A DNA stretch of 10,106 bases from Myxococcales bacterium (lineage in GTDB: Bacteria; Myxococcota_A; UBA9160; SMWR01), in assembly GCA_022571825.1 (NCBI GenBank), contig JACZXC010000071.1, forward strand, positions 1-10,106, written 5' to 3'. Positions 1 through 6,319 of this stretch are shown piece by piece. Below the pieces are notes generated by a model that made no database searches, had not been told where the DNA came from, and saw nothing but the letters and a program-made list of their open reading frames with translations. The stretch's first letter is position 1, and every line of letters starts with the position of its first letter. The position numbers were made by a program, and so were the translations under genes.

Positions 1-367
1 GGGCGAGGCCCCCCGCGATTGCGTGGCCGTGGATTCGAGCCAGGGTGACGGCCTCGGCCTCTTCGATGGCGCGGCAGGCGCGAAGCCCGAGCTGCGCGAC
101 GTGGCGGCGCTCTCGATCCGTAGCGTCCGAAGAGGCCCGCAGTCGCGCGCTTCCCGGCGGCTCGCCCAGGTCGGCGCCCCCGCAGAAGGAGGGCCCGCGG
201 CCCCCGAAGATCACCACCCGGGACTGGAAGTCGCGCTGGAGGCCGCCGAAGAGATCCGCGATCTCCTCGAGCACCTTCCCGTTCAGCGCGTTCCGTTTTT
301 CGGGTCGGTCCAGCCAGACGTGCAGGATCGAGTCCTGGCGATCGACCTGAAGTGTGCTCCACGCCAT
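1..367 (-). CDS. Enoyl-CoA hydratase/isomerase (crotonase-fold) family protein, N-terminal ~122 aa. The C-terminus lies beyond the window start.
   Basis: My translation of the reverse complement from the ATG at 367..365 gives MAWSTLQVDRQDSILHVWLDRPEKRNALNGKVLEEIADLFGGLQRDFQSRVVIFGGRGPSFCGGADLGEPP...AVTLARIHGHAIAGGLA. It contains the crotonase hallmarks LDRPEKRNAL, FC(A/G)GADL and the oxyanion-hole AxGGG. A GAGG Shine-Dalgarno sits about 5 nt upstream of the ATG. The ORF is missing from the track because it has no stop within the window. Confidence 0.8.
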   Translation of the reverse strand, partial: MAWSTLQVDRQDSILHVWLDRPEKRNALNGKVLEEIADLFGGLQRDFQSRVVIFGGRGPSFCGGADLGEPPGSARLRASSDATDRERRHVAQLGLRACRAIEEAEAVTLARIHGHAIAGGLA

Positions 368-515
368 CGGCCTCGTTTACCACGTTGCGCTCACGCGTGT
401 CGAGGCTGGCCCGACGCCGAGCGGACTCGGCGACGCGCTATCCTTCGACCCACGGACCTTCGATCGTTCGCCCTTCGCCGCGCTACGACATCCCCTCGGG
501 AGCCTTGGAGAGCCC
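368..515. promoter_or_regulatory. Divergent intergenic region between the crotonase gene (-) and the small-protein/lipoprotein genes (+); presumed promoters
   Basis: A 148-bp non-coding gap between divergently oriented starts. A GGAG RBS lies just upstream of the ATG at 516. I could not identify -10/-35 boxes with confidence in this high-GC context. Confidence 0.3.
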
Positions 516-749
516 ATGACCCGACTGTCGGTGGACTTCGAGCATTCCCCCCGCACGTGGTGGGAGAACGGTGGTCAGGCGCTATGGGACGGGATCAGCG
601 ACGACTTCGACGAGAACGCGATCGTTCTCGACGACACCCTGGCGGAATCTTGGCTCGCCCAGGCCCGCAAGATCGCCGGGTGGGACGCGGGCCCGGAGTA
701 TGCGCCCCACCCGATTCATGCAGCCCCGGCGGATGAGGATCTCGAGTAG
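516..749 (+). CDS. Small acidic hypothetical protein (77 aa)
   Basis: An ATG at 516 is preceded by ggag. The product MTRLSVDFEHSPRTWWENGGQALWDGISDDFDENAIVLDDTLAESWLAQARKIAGWDAGPEYAPHPIHAAPADEDLE is D/E-rich with no recognisable domain. The longer GTG-354 version in the track would overlap the divergent crotonase start, so I prefer the shorter form. Confidence 0.35.
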   Translation: MTRLSVDFEHSPRTWWENGGQALWDGISDDFDENAIVLDDTLAESWLAQARKIAGWDAGPEYAPHPIHAAPADEDLE

Positions 750-818
750 GGCATCCGGCAACCGCCGCGGGTGTCATCGGGGCGAATCCGCCGAGTCGGG
801 TATCGTCGGCAAGGCTTC

Positions 819-1451
819 ATGAGTGCACCTCGCTTCACCGTTGGTCGATCCAATCTGCTGCCCATCCTCGCCGTCGCCACCCTGCTGGCCGGCTGCGCGG
901 GCAGCCCGGATCCCATGCGGTACCTGCTGGCCCACAGTGGTGACCACTGGGATACGGTCTCGGGCCGTTCGGTCGTCGATCCCCTCCGCGAGCGCTATCC
1001 GGAGTTCTTCCAGGTGATCCTGGATCCCTCCAAGACGCGCGAACCCGACTTGCGCCCCCTTCGCAACGATCTGGAGCGAGAGCCCGTTGATCACCGAAAC
1101 TTCCAGGCGCTTCACTCCATTGCCGTCGGATACTTCGAGCTCAACTATCGGGCCAATGCGATTCCCGGGGGTCCGAACTATTTCGCCGACAACTTCCGCG
1201 CCGCCAAGTTGGTCGCCGTGCCCTGGCGCGCCTACAGCGAGGTCGCAGACGGCCGTCTGCGCGACGCAATCCTCGACTTCTTCGAAGATGCGGGCTCTGG
1301 GGAGAAGCTCGGAACGGCGGTGACGGCGCCGCGACTGGCGCGGATCGTGGCGTCACTCGAAGCCAAGGAAACCGGCGATGCAGAGCGTCGACTGCGGATC
1401 CGAGGCCTTGCCGAGCGGCTGGTATCGATGTCCGGGGCCGACGGGCGCTAG
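819..1451 (+). CDS. Putative lipoprotein of unknown function (210 aa)
   Basis: From the ATG at 819 the N-terminus MSAPRFTVGRSNLLPILAVATLLAGCAGS has a positive n-region, a hydrophobic core and a lipobox L-A-G-C, consistent with a SPII-type signal. The mature part has no domain I recognise. The track ORF 771..1451 carries a 16-codon extension that does not look like a signal peptide. Confidence 0.65.
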   Translation: MSAPRFTVGRSNLLPILAVATLLAGCAGSPDPMRYLLAHSGDHWDTVSGRSVVDPLRERYPEFFQVILDPSKTREPDLRPLRNDLEREPVDHRNFQALHSIAVGYFELNYRANAIPGGPNYFADNFRAAKLVAVPWRAYSEVADGRLRDAILDFFEDAGSGEKLGTAVTAPRLARIVASLEAKETGDAERRLRIRGLAERLVSMSGADGR

Positions 1452-2560
1452 CCGCTCTCGACCGCGGGCGGCAGGGGCGGCGGTGATGCTCCGAACAGTC
1501 CCAGCAGCTGCGGGACCTGATTCGCCGAGGTCCAGCCGGCCATGCCCTGGGTCCACACGAGCGTGTCGGGACGAACCCGGCCCGCGCTGGCGGCCTGGGC
1601 GAGCTGCGGCGGCGTGAAGGGGCCGACGCTCTGCCCGTTTTCCGCGATGTGCCAGCTCGCGGGCAGGGGGGGCGGGGGCGCCTGGGGCCCGGTTTGGCCG
1701 GGAGCCCCGCCGGACAACATCGGGCCGGCCATGGCCATGCCCATTCCCAAACCCAAGCCCGCTCCCGCGATACCACCCGCCGGATTCCCGGCCGCCACCG
1801 GCATCGCCTGGCCGAGCTGATAGCTCTGAAATGCCGCCATGTCCCCGATCACGCTCATGCTCGTGCGGGTATCCAGGGCCTGTTCCACCTCGGCGGGAAC
1901 GGAGATGTTCACGATATAGAGCTGTGGGATCTCGAGGCCGTACTCGTTGTCGATGCGTTCGACCACCAAGTGGCGCACCTTTTCCGAAAGGTTCTGATAG
2001 TTAGACGCCAGGTCGAGAACGGCGATCTCGGATTTCGCGACCACGTCGGCGAAGCCCGTATTGATGATCGAACGAATCAGCTCGGTGATCTCGTCGGACT
2101 GGAACTCGGAGTCGGTTCCCACCAGCTCTTCGAGCAGGATCTTCGGATCCTGCGCCTTCAGCGTATAGGTTCCGAAGGCGCGGACGCGGATCGGGCCAAA
2201 GTCCGGGTCTCGCATCATGACGGGATTGGGCGTGCCCCACTTGAGATCCGTGATCTGCCGGGTGGAGACGAAGTAGACCTCGGCCATGAAGGGGGAGTCG
2301 AAACCGTATTTCCAGCCCGCGATTGTACTCAGGACGGGAAGGTTGGCCGTCACGAGTTTGTGCTGGCCCGGACCGAAGACGTCCGCGATTCGCCCCTGAC
2401 TGACCAGGATCGCCGCCTGGCCCGGACGGACGATGAGCTGGGCACCGTGCTTGATCTGGTTGTTGAAACGCGGAAATCGCCAGACGAGAGTGTGGCGGCT
2501 GTCGTCGACCCACTCGATGATGTCGATGAGTTCCGCGCGCAGCTTGTCGATCAGTCCCAT
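1448..2560 (-). CDS. SPFH/Band-7 family protein (YdjI-like, Band_7_1 type) with a C-terminal DUF4339/GYF-like domain preceded by Gly/Met-rich and Pro-rich linkers
   Basis: A 370-aa ORF with a strong AGGAG RBS 7 nt upstream of the ATG at 2560. The N-terminal ~270 aa (MGLIDKLRAELIDIIEWVDD...RPGQAAILV...) matches the Band_7_1 SPFH family that includes B. subtilis YdjI. This is followed by a low-complexity stretch (GNPAGGIAGAGLGLGMGMAMAGPMLSGG), PPPPLP, and the C-terminal segment WHIAENGQSVGPFTPPQLAQAASAGRVRPDTLVWTQGMAGWTSANQVPQL. That segment fits the DUF4339 pattern (W..G...GP....L......TLVW..GM..W). A second Pro tract (ASPPPLPPA) follows. Confidence 0.85.
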   Translation of the reverse strand: MGLIDKLRAELIDIIEWVDDSRHTLVWRFPRFNNQIKHGAQLIVRPGQAAILVSQGRIADVFGPGQHKLVTANLPVLSTIAGWKYGFDSPFMAEVYFVSTRQITDLKWGTPNPVMMRDPDFGPIRVRAFGTYTLKAQDPKILLEELVGTDSEFQSDEITELIRSIINTGFADVVAKSEIAVLDLASNYQNLSEKVRHLVVERIDNEYGLEIPQLYIVNISVPAEVEQALDTRTSMSVIGDMAAFQSYQLGQAMPVAAGNPAGGIAGAGLGLGMGMAMAGPMLSGGAPGQTGPQAPPPPLPASWHIAENGQSVGPFTPPQLAQAASAGRVRPDTLVWTQGMAGWTSANQVPQLLGLFGASPPPLPPAVESG

Positions 2561-2583
2561 GCTCTACTCCTTCGGTCGGGCGG

Positions 2584-3474
2584 TCAGGTGAATTTCTTCA
2601 GGAGGCCGGCGAAGACGTCCACGATCGAGCCTCCGATCGGAACGCCGCGGCTTGGTCGAATCTCCCGGGCGAGGCGCATTCGCGCAAATTCGGCCTCGGA
2701 CCGGGGGTCGACCCGCGGGCGGGACGCCTGGCGCAACTGCGGTGACATTTTGCCCCCGCTCAGGACGAAGCCCGCGATCTGCTCGAGTTCGTCGGCGTCG
2801 AGCCAGGTGCCATGACTGGAACAGCGGTCGATGATGACGCCGGAAGACCTCCGAAAATTGCGGCGCTGCATGAATCCGTCGCAGACGGGACACTTCCGAT
2901 ACTGGACGCGCTGAGCGGCCGGATTCGAACCGGTCACGCGAGGCTTGAGGGCGGCGAGCTGCGCCGGATCGGCGTTTCGGCGCGCGTCGATAGCGCGGCT
3001 CACCAGCAGATCGAAGCTGTCATCGGGGATCCAGAGGCCGTTGCACTCCCGACACTCGTTCAGGCCGATGCCCCCCACCTGGCGAGCCGGCATCAGCACG
3101 GTGCAAACGGGGCAGGGGAGCTCGTAGCTTTCGACCTGCACCTGTTGGGGCCGGAAGCCCACGCCGCAGGCCGTGCAGAAACGCGAGTCTTCTTGGTTGC
3201 GTCCGTAGCACTCGGGACAGATGAGACTGAGGTTCCCGGGATCGCGGACGATCGCCGATCCGCAGTAGTCGCAGGCCTCGACATCCGGGGAAATCAGGGC
3301 ACCGCATGCGGCGCAGCGGCGTACCGCGGCGTCTACGGCCTCGTGGGGATCGTTCTCGACGGTCTCGCCACAGCGACACGGGAACGACTTCGCGACGATG
3401 TCCGAAACGTCGTACTGGGTGTGGCAGTTCGCGCAGACGACAAGACGCACGACCCGGGCCCTCCCCCCGCGCAA
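2584..3474 (-). CDS. Multi-zinc-ribbon protein: three N-terminal CxxC...CxxC ribbons plus two TFIIB-type zinc-ribbon (zf-TFIIB/PF13453-like) domains; YdjG-like
   Basis: In the 296-aa ORF the track start at 3474 is TTG. A GTG at 3450 preceded by GGGGGGAGGG with 8-nt spacing is the more likely start. The N-terminal motifs are CANCHTQYDVSD...CRCGETV, CAACGALISPDVEACDYCG and CPECYGRNQEDSRFCTACG. Two copies of CPVC....M.......CxxCxGxW(L/I)DxDE(L) follow: LPCPVCTVLMPARQVGGIGLNECRECNGLWIPDDSFDLL and CPVCDGFMQRRNFRRSSGVIIDRCSSHGTWLDADELEQI. The stop lies only 23 nt upstream of the SPFH gene start, so the two are likely co-transcribed. Confidence 0.8.
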   Translation of the reverse strand: MRGGRARVVRLVVCANCHTQYDVSDIVAKSFPCRCGETVENDPHEAVDAAVRRCAACGALISPDVEACDYCGSAIVRDPGNLSLICPECYGRNQEDSRFCTACGVGFRPQQVQVESYELPCPVCTVLMPARQVGGIGLNECRECNGLWIPDDSFDLLVSRAIDARRNADPAQLAALKPRVTGSNPAAQRVQYRKCPVCDGFMQRRNFRRSSGVIIDRCSSHGTWLDADELEQIAGFVLSGGKMSPQLRQASRPRVDPRSEAEFARMRLAREIRPSRGVPIGGSIVDVFAGLLKKFT

Positions 3475-3626
3475 GGGCGCGTGTGGGGGTCATCGGGAGG
3501 TCTGCGCGGCGACTTTACGCGGGAGGGTTGCTCGATGTGCGAGGGGGATGGGCCCCGATTCGAGATTGGAAAGACGCTTCGCCGCATCTGGGGGCCTTCC
3601 CCGCCCCACGCAACGCCACAGCGGGG

Positions 3627-4454
3627 TTAGCGGGCGCCGAGGCGGTCGCCGCAGTGCTTGCAGAAACGCGCGTCTTCGGCGTGCCCTTCGCTGAGACAAC
3701 TCGGACAGGCGCGGGTGGTCACGGGTCGCCGGACCGAGTGGACGAGCTCGGCGGAAACGATGCCCGTGGGTACGGCGATAATGCTGTAGCCCATGATCAT
3801 GACCAGGGCCGCGATCATTTGTCCGGGCACGGTCTGGGGCGCGATGTCTCCGTAGCCCACCGTGGTCATGGTCACGATGGCCCAGTAGACGGAGATCGGA
3901 ATGTTGGTGAAGCCGTTCTCGGGTCCCTCCACGATGTACATGACCGCGCCCATGATCACCGACATCACGAGGACCGTGCCGAGAAAGATGATCACTTTGG
4001 GGGCGCTGCTCCGCAGCGCCGAGACCAGGATATTGGCCTCGCCGAGATAGCGGACCAGCTTGAACACTCGAAAAATGCGAAGCAGACGGAGTGCGCGGAT
4101 CACCAGGAGAGAATGGGAGCCGGGCAGGATCAGGCTCACGTAGCTGGGAAGAACGGCCAGGAGATCGACCATGCCATAGAAGCTGCGGGCATAGCGCCCG
4201 GGCTTGCGAACGCATGCGAGGCGCACGGCGTACTCGACCGTGAAGACAATGGTGATGACCCACTCGAAGGCGTGAAGCCACGGCCCGTAGTCATCCACGA
4301 TGTCGGACACGCTTTCCAGCATGACCGCGAGCACGCTCAGCAGAATCACGATCAGTAACGCGACGTCGAAGGCCTTGCCCGCCGGAGTATCGGCTTCGAA
4401 GATGACGATCCGGATGCGCTCGCGGATCTGCCCGGGTTCGCTTGCTGCGGTCAC
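3627..4454 (-). CDS. Voltage-gated-type (6TM) potassium channel with a C-terminal zinc ribbon
   Basis: A 275-aa ORF with a GTG start at 4454. Hydrophobic segments S1-S6 are present. The S4 voltage-sensor-like segment has Arg at every third position (IRALRLLRIFRVFKLVRY). The K+ selectivity filter is TTVGYGD. The C-terminus RACPSCLSEGHAEDARFCKHCG is a CxxC-(x14)-CxxC zinc ribbon in place of the usual RCK or tetramerisation domain. Confidence 0.85.
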   Translation of the reverse strand: MTAASEPGQIRERIRIVIFEADTPAGKAFDVALLIVILLSVLAVMLESVSDIVDDYGPWLHAFEWVITIVFTVEYAVRLACVRKPGRYARSFYGMVDLLAVLPSYVSLILPGSHSLLVIRALRLLRIFRVFKLVRYLGEANILVSALRSSAPKVIIFLGTVLVMSVIMGAVMYIVEGPENGFTNIPISVYWAIVTMTTVGYGDIAPQTVPGQMIAALVMIMGYSIIAVPTGIVSAELVHSVRRPVTTRACPSCLSEGHAEDARFCKHCGDRLGAR

Positions 4455-4581
4455 GAAACCTGCAATTCTCGCCGGGAGCGGACCTTCACACGTCGACCTC
4501 TGGATTCGCCGCCGGATGGTAACGTCCGGAAAGGTCCATGAAAGGCCGACGGGCCCTATGCTCTCGACCCGGGAGGGTGAA
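4455..4581. promoter_or_regulatory. Divergent intergenic region between the K+ channel gene (-) and the ADH gene (+)
   Basis: A 127-bp gap between divergent starts. It contains a short imperfect palindrome, CCGGAtggtaACGTCCGG, that could be an operator. The strong GGGAGGG RBS for the ADH lies at 4571..4577. Confidence 0.3.
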
Positions 4582-5577
4582 ATGCGGGCAATCTTGTTCG
4601 ACCGACCGGGGCGACCGCTGCGGGAAGCCGATCTCCCCGAGCCCGTCCCGCAACCGGGTCAAGTGCGGGTTCGCGTGCACGCCTGCGGTGTATGCCGAAC
4701 CGATCTCCACGTGGTCGACGGTGAGCTCCCGGACCCCAAGCTGCCTCTCGTGCTCGGTCATCAGATCGTGGGACGGGTCGAGGCGGTGGGCCCCGACGCC
4801 GAGGGCTTTGCCATCGGCGACCGGATCGGTGTGCCCTGGCTGGGCGGAAGCTGCGGTGCGTGTCGCTTCTGTTCGACCGGCTGCGAGAATCTGTGCGACG
4901 CCGCGCGCTACACCGGATACCAGATCGATGGCGGTTTCGCCGACTTCTGCACCGCAGACCCGCGTTTCTGCTTTCCCATTCCCGAGCGTTATTCGGACCT
5001 CGATGCGGCCCCGCTTCTCTGCGCGGGTCTGATCGGGTACCGGGCACTGCGGATGACGGGCGACGCCGAGCGACTGGGCTTCTACGGATTCGGGGCATCG
5101 GCGCATATCCTCATCCAGGTCGCGCGATTCGAAGGTCGCGAGGTCTATGTCTTCACCCGGCCCGGGGATGCGGCAGCCCAGCGGTTCGCAGAAGAGCTGG
5201 GCGCGGCGTGGGTCGGAGGCTCGGATCGGGTGCCTCCGGATCCGCTCGACGCCGCGATCGTGTTCGCGCCGGTCGGCGGACTGGTGCCCGCCGCGCTGCG
5301 CGCCGTGAGGAAGGCGGGCGTGGTCGTCTGCGCGGGAATCCACATGAGTGAGATCCCCGCTTTCCCCTACTCGATTCTCTGGGGTGAGCGGGTACTCCGG
5401 TCGGTTGCGAACGTCACGCGCCGCGATGGCGAGGAGTTTCTCGCCCTGGCGCCGAAAGTTCCAGTCCGAACGGAAATTCACCGCTACTCCCTCGACCAGG
5501 CGCCGCGCGCCCTCAGCGACCTGCGAGAGGGGTGCTTCACCGGCGCAGCGGTGGTAGCGGTCCGACCGGGGGACTGA
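4582..5577 (+). CDS. Zinc-dependent alcohol dehydrogenase (MDR superfamily)
   Basis: The ATG at 4582 is preceded by GGGAGGG with a 4-nt spacer. The 331-aa product has catalytic-Zn motifs CGVCRTDLH and GHQIVGRV. The structural-Zn motif is GGSCGACRFCSTGCENLC. A Rossmann-like GFYGFGASAHI precedes the NAD-binding region. The 4300..5577 track ORF has an implausible 94-aa N-terminal extension that overlaps the opposite-strand channel gene. Confidence 0.85.
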   Translation: MRAILFDRPGRPLREADLPEPVPQPGQVRVRVHACGVCRTDLHVVDGELPDPKLPLVLGHQIVGRVEAVGPDAEGFAIGDRIGVPWLGGSCGACRFCSTGCENLCDAARYTGYQIDGGFADFCTADPRFCFPIPERYSDLDAAPLLCAGLIGYRALRMTGDAERLGFYGFGASAHILIQVARFEGREVYVFTRPGDAAAQRFAEELGAAWVGGSDRVPPDPLDAAIVFAPVGGLVPAALRAVRKAGVVVCAGIHMSEIPAFPYSILWGERVLRSVANVTRRDGEEFLALAPKVPVRTEIHRYSLDQAPRALSDLREGCFTGAAVVAVRPGD

Positions 5578-5588
5578 CCATGCGTCTC

Positions 5589-5630
5589 CCGGGAACGACC
5601 GCCGCGAAACCTTTGGTTCCCCGGTGTGTT
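5589..5630 (+). terminator. Possible intrinsic terminator downstream of the ADH gene
   Basis: An inverted repeat CCGGGAAC...GTTCCCCGG has an ~8-bp stem with one bulge and a 19-nt loop. It is followed by TGTGTT, 12 nt after the ADH stop. The U-tract is weak, as is common in high-GC genomes. Confidence 0.35.
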
Positions 5631-5668
5631 CGACTCCACAGCGGAATGGGCCGCTCGGGAGAAAACTC

Positions 5669-6220
5669 ATGAAACGGACTGGGATTCTGGCACTGGCGAT
5701 GAGCTTGGCGTGGGCACCCGCCGCCACCGCGGTGGCGGGCGAGGAAGACGCTCTCAACCGGGCGGGCGATCGGATCGAGCGCCACCTCGATCGCCGGGGA
5801 GATCGCATCGAAGACCGACTCGATCGCCGAGGTGATCGCATCGATCGCCCCCTCGATCGTCGGGGAGATCGCATCAAAGACCGACTCGATCGCCGGGGCG
5901 ACCGCATCGATCACCGGCTGGATCGCCGGGGCGATCGCATCGATGCGCGTCTCGACCGCGCCTCCGGCCGAGCCGCCGAGGCCGGGAACGATGGGCTCGC
6001 GACGTGGCTGGATCGTCGGGGAGATCGCATCGAAGACCGACTCGATCGCCGAGGCGACCGCATCGATCACCAGTTGGACCGCCGAGGCGACCGCATCGAT
6101 CACCAGTTGGACCGCCGGGGCGACCGCATCGATCACCGGCTGGATCGCCGGGGAGACCGCATCAATCGTTGGCTGGATGGGCGGGGCGATCGCGCCCGCA
6201 GGGGCGGTGGCCACCGCTGA
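5669..6220 (+). CDS. Secreted repeat protein: signal peptide followed by ~11-12 tandem 11-residue repeats (L/I)DRRGDRI(E/D)xR carrying ~11 RGD motifs
   Basis: The ATG at 5669 is preceded by GGGAGA. The N-terminus MKRTGILALAMSLAWAPAATAVAGEE has an n-region (KR), a hydrophobic core and an AxA-type cleavage site. The rest is GDRIEDRLDRR-type repeats in two blocks separated by a non-repeat spacer (ASGRAAEAGNDGLATW). The frame is chosen on the signal peptide. Codon third-position GC in this frame is lower than in two alternative frames; see findings. Confidence 0.55.
   Translation: MKRTGILALAMSLAWAPAATAVAGEEDALNRAGDRIERHLDRRGDRIEDRLDRRGDRIDRPLDRRGDRIKDRLDRRGDRIDHRLDRRGDRIDARLDRASGRAAEAGNDGLATWLDRRGDRIEDRLDRRGDRIDHQLDRRGDRIDHQLDRRGDRIDHRLDRRGDRINRWLDGRGDRARRGGGHR
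5760..6185. repeat. Imperfect 33-bp tandem repeat array of ~12 units in two blocks, consensus ctcgatcgccggggagatcgcatcgaagaccga, rich in CGATCG/GATC palindromes
   Basis: Direct inspection shows the 33-mer recurring head-to-tail over 5760..5940 and 6004..6185, with point variants (gag/gcg, gaagac/caccgg/caccag). It encodes the 11-aa protein repeat of the overlapping CDS. Confidence 0.8.
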
Positions 6221-6319
6221 GCCGCGCCCGTCGCCCCCGCTGCCCTGAGCGCACCCGTGAGGCGTGGCTCGACGACCCACGCGCTTCGCGACGAATCCGC
6301 GCGCTAGAATCCCTGTGTC

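Noticed and set aside
23-736. 237-aa plus-strand ORF at the window start
   Set aside because: Its first ~345 nt are antisense to the crotonase N-terminus. Only the in-frame-independent segment 516..749 of the other ORF was kept, as a low-confidence small protein.
1649-2815. 388-aa plus-strand ORF
   Set aside because: It is antisense to the SPFH gene, which has a strong RBS and a clear family match. Its composition is Arg/Gly/His-rich with no domain signal.
3599-3626. Hairpin CCCCGC-(16 nt)-GCGGGG immediately downstream of the channel stop on the minus strand, a possible terminator
   Set aside because: It has no U-tract and the stem is only 6 bp. That is too weak to call, and it leaves open whether the channel and ZnR genes are co-transcribed.
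2812-3630. 272-aa plus-strand ORF
   Set aside because: It is antisense to the multi-zinc-ribbon gene, whose Cys spacing is clearly non-random. There is no RBS or domain signal.
3306-4358. 350-aa plus-strand ORF and the 263-aa minus-strand ORF at 3490..4281
   Set aside because: Both overlap the K+ channel gene in other frames or on the other strand. The channel frame has TM periodicity and a TVGYGD filter, and these do not.
4300-4581. Long N-terminal extension of the ADH ORF (start at 4300)
   Set aside because: The extension would overlap the opposite-strand channel gene by ~150 nt and lacks an RBS. The ATG at 4582 has a GGGAGGG Shine-Dalgarno and gives the canonical ADH N-terminus MRAILF...
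4486-5907. 473-aa minus-strand ORF with SPRRS repeats
   Set aside because: It is antisense to the Zn-ADH gene, which has clear catalytic and structural zinc motifs. It is Arg/Ser/Pro-rich, typical of spurious reading frames in GC-rich DNA.
5760-6185. Considered whether the 33-bp tandem array could be a CRISPR array
   Set aside because: The units are contiguous with no unique spacers, they lie entirely inside an ORF with a signal peptide, and the periodicity is exactly 11 codons. It is a coding tandem repeat, not a CRISPR.
6221-6319. 99-bp gap before rtcB, examined for an Rsr-associated Y-RNA-like element or a terminator
   Set aside because: Only a weak 6-bp hairpin (GCGTGG...CCACGC) is visible. 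There is no convincing conserved structure, and no rsr gene is present.
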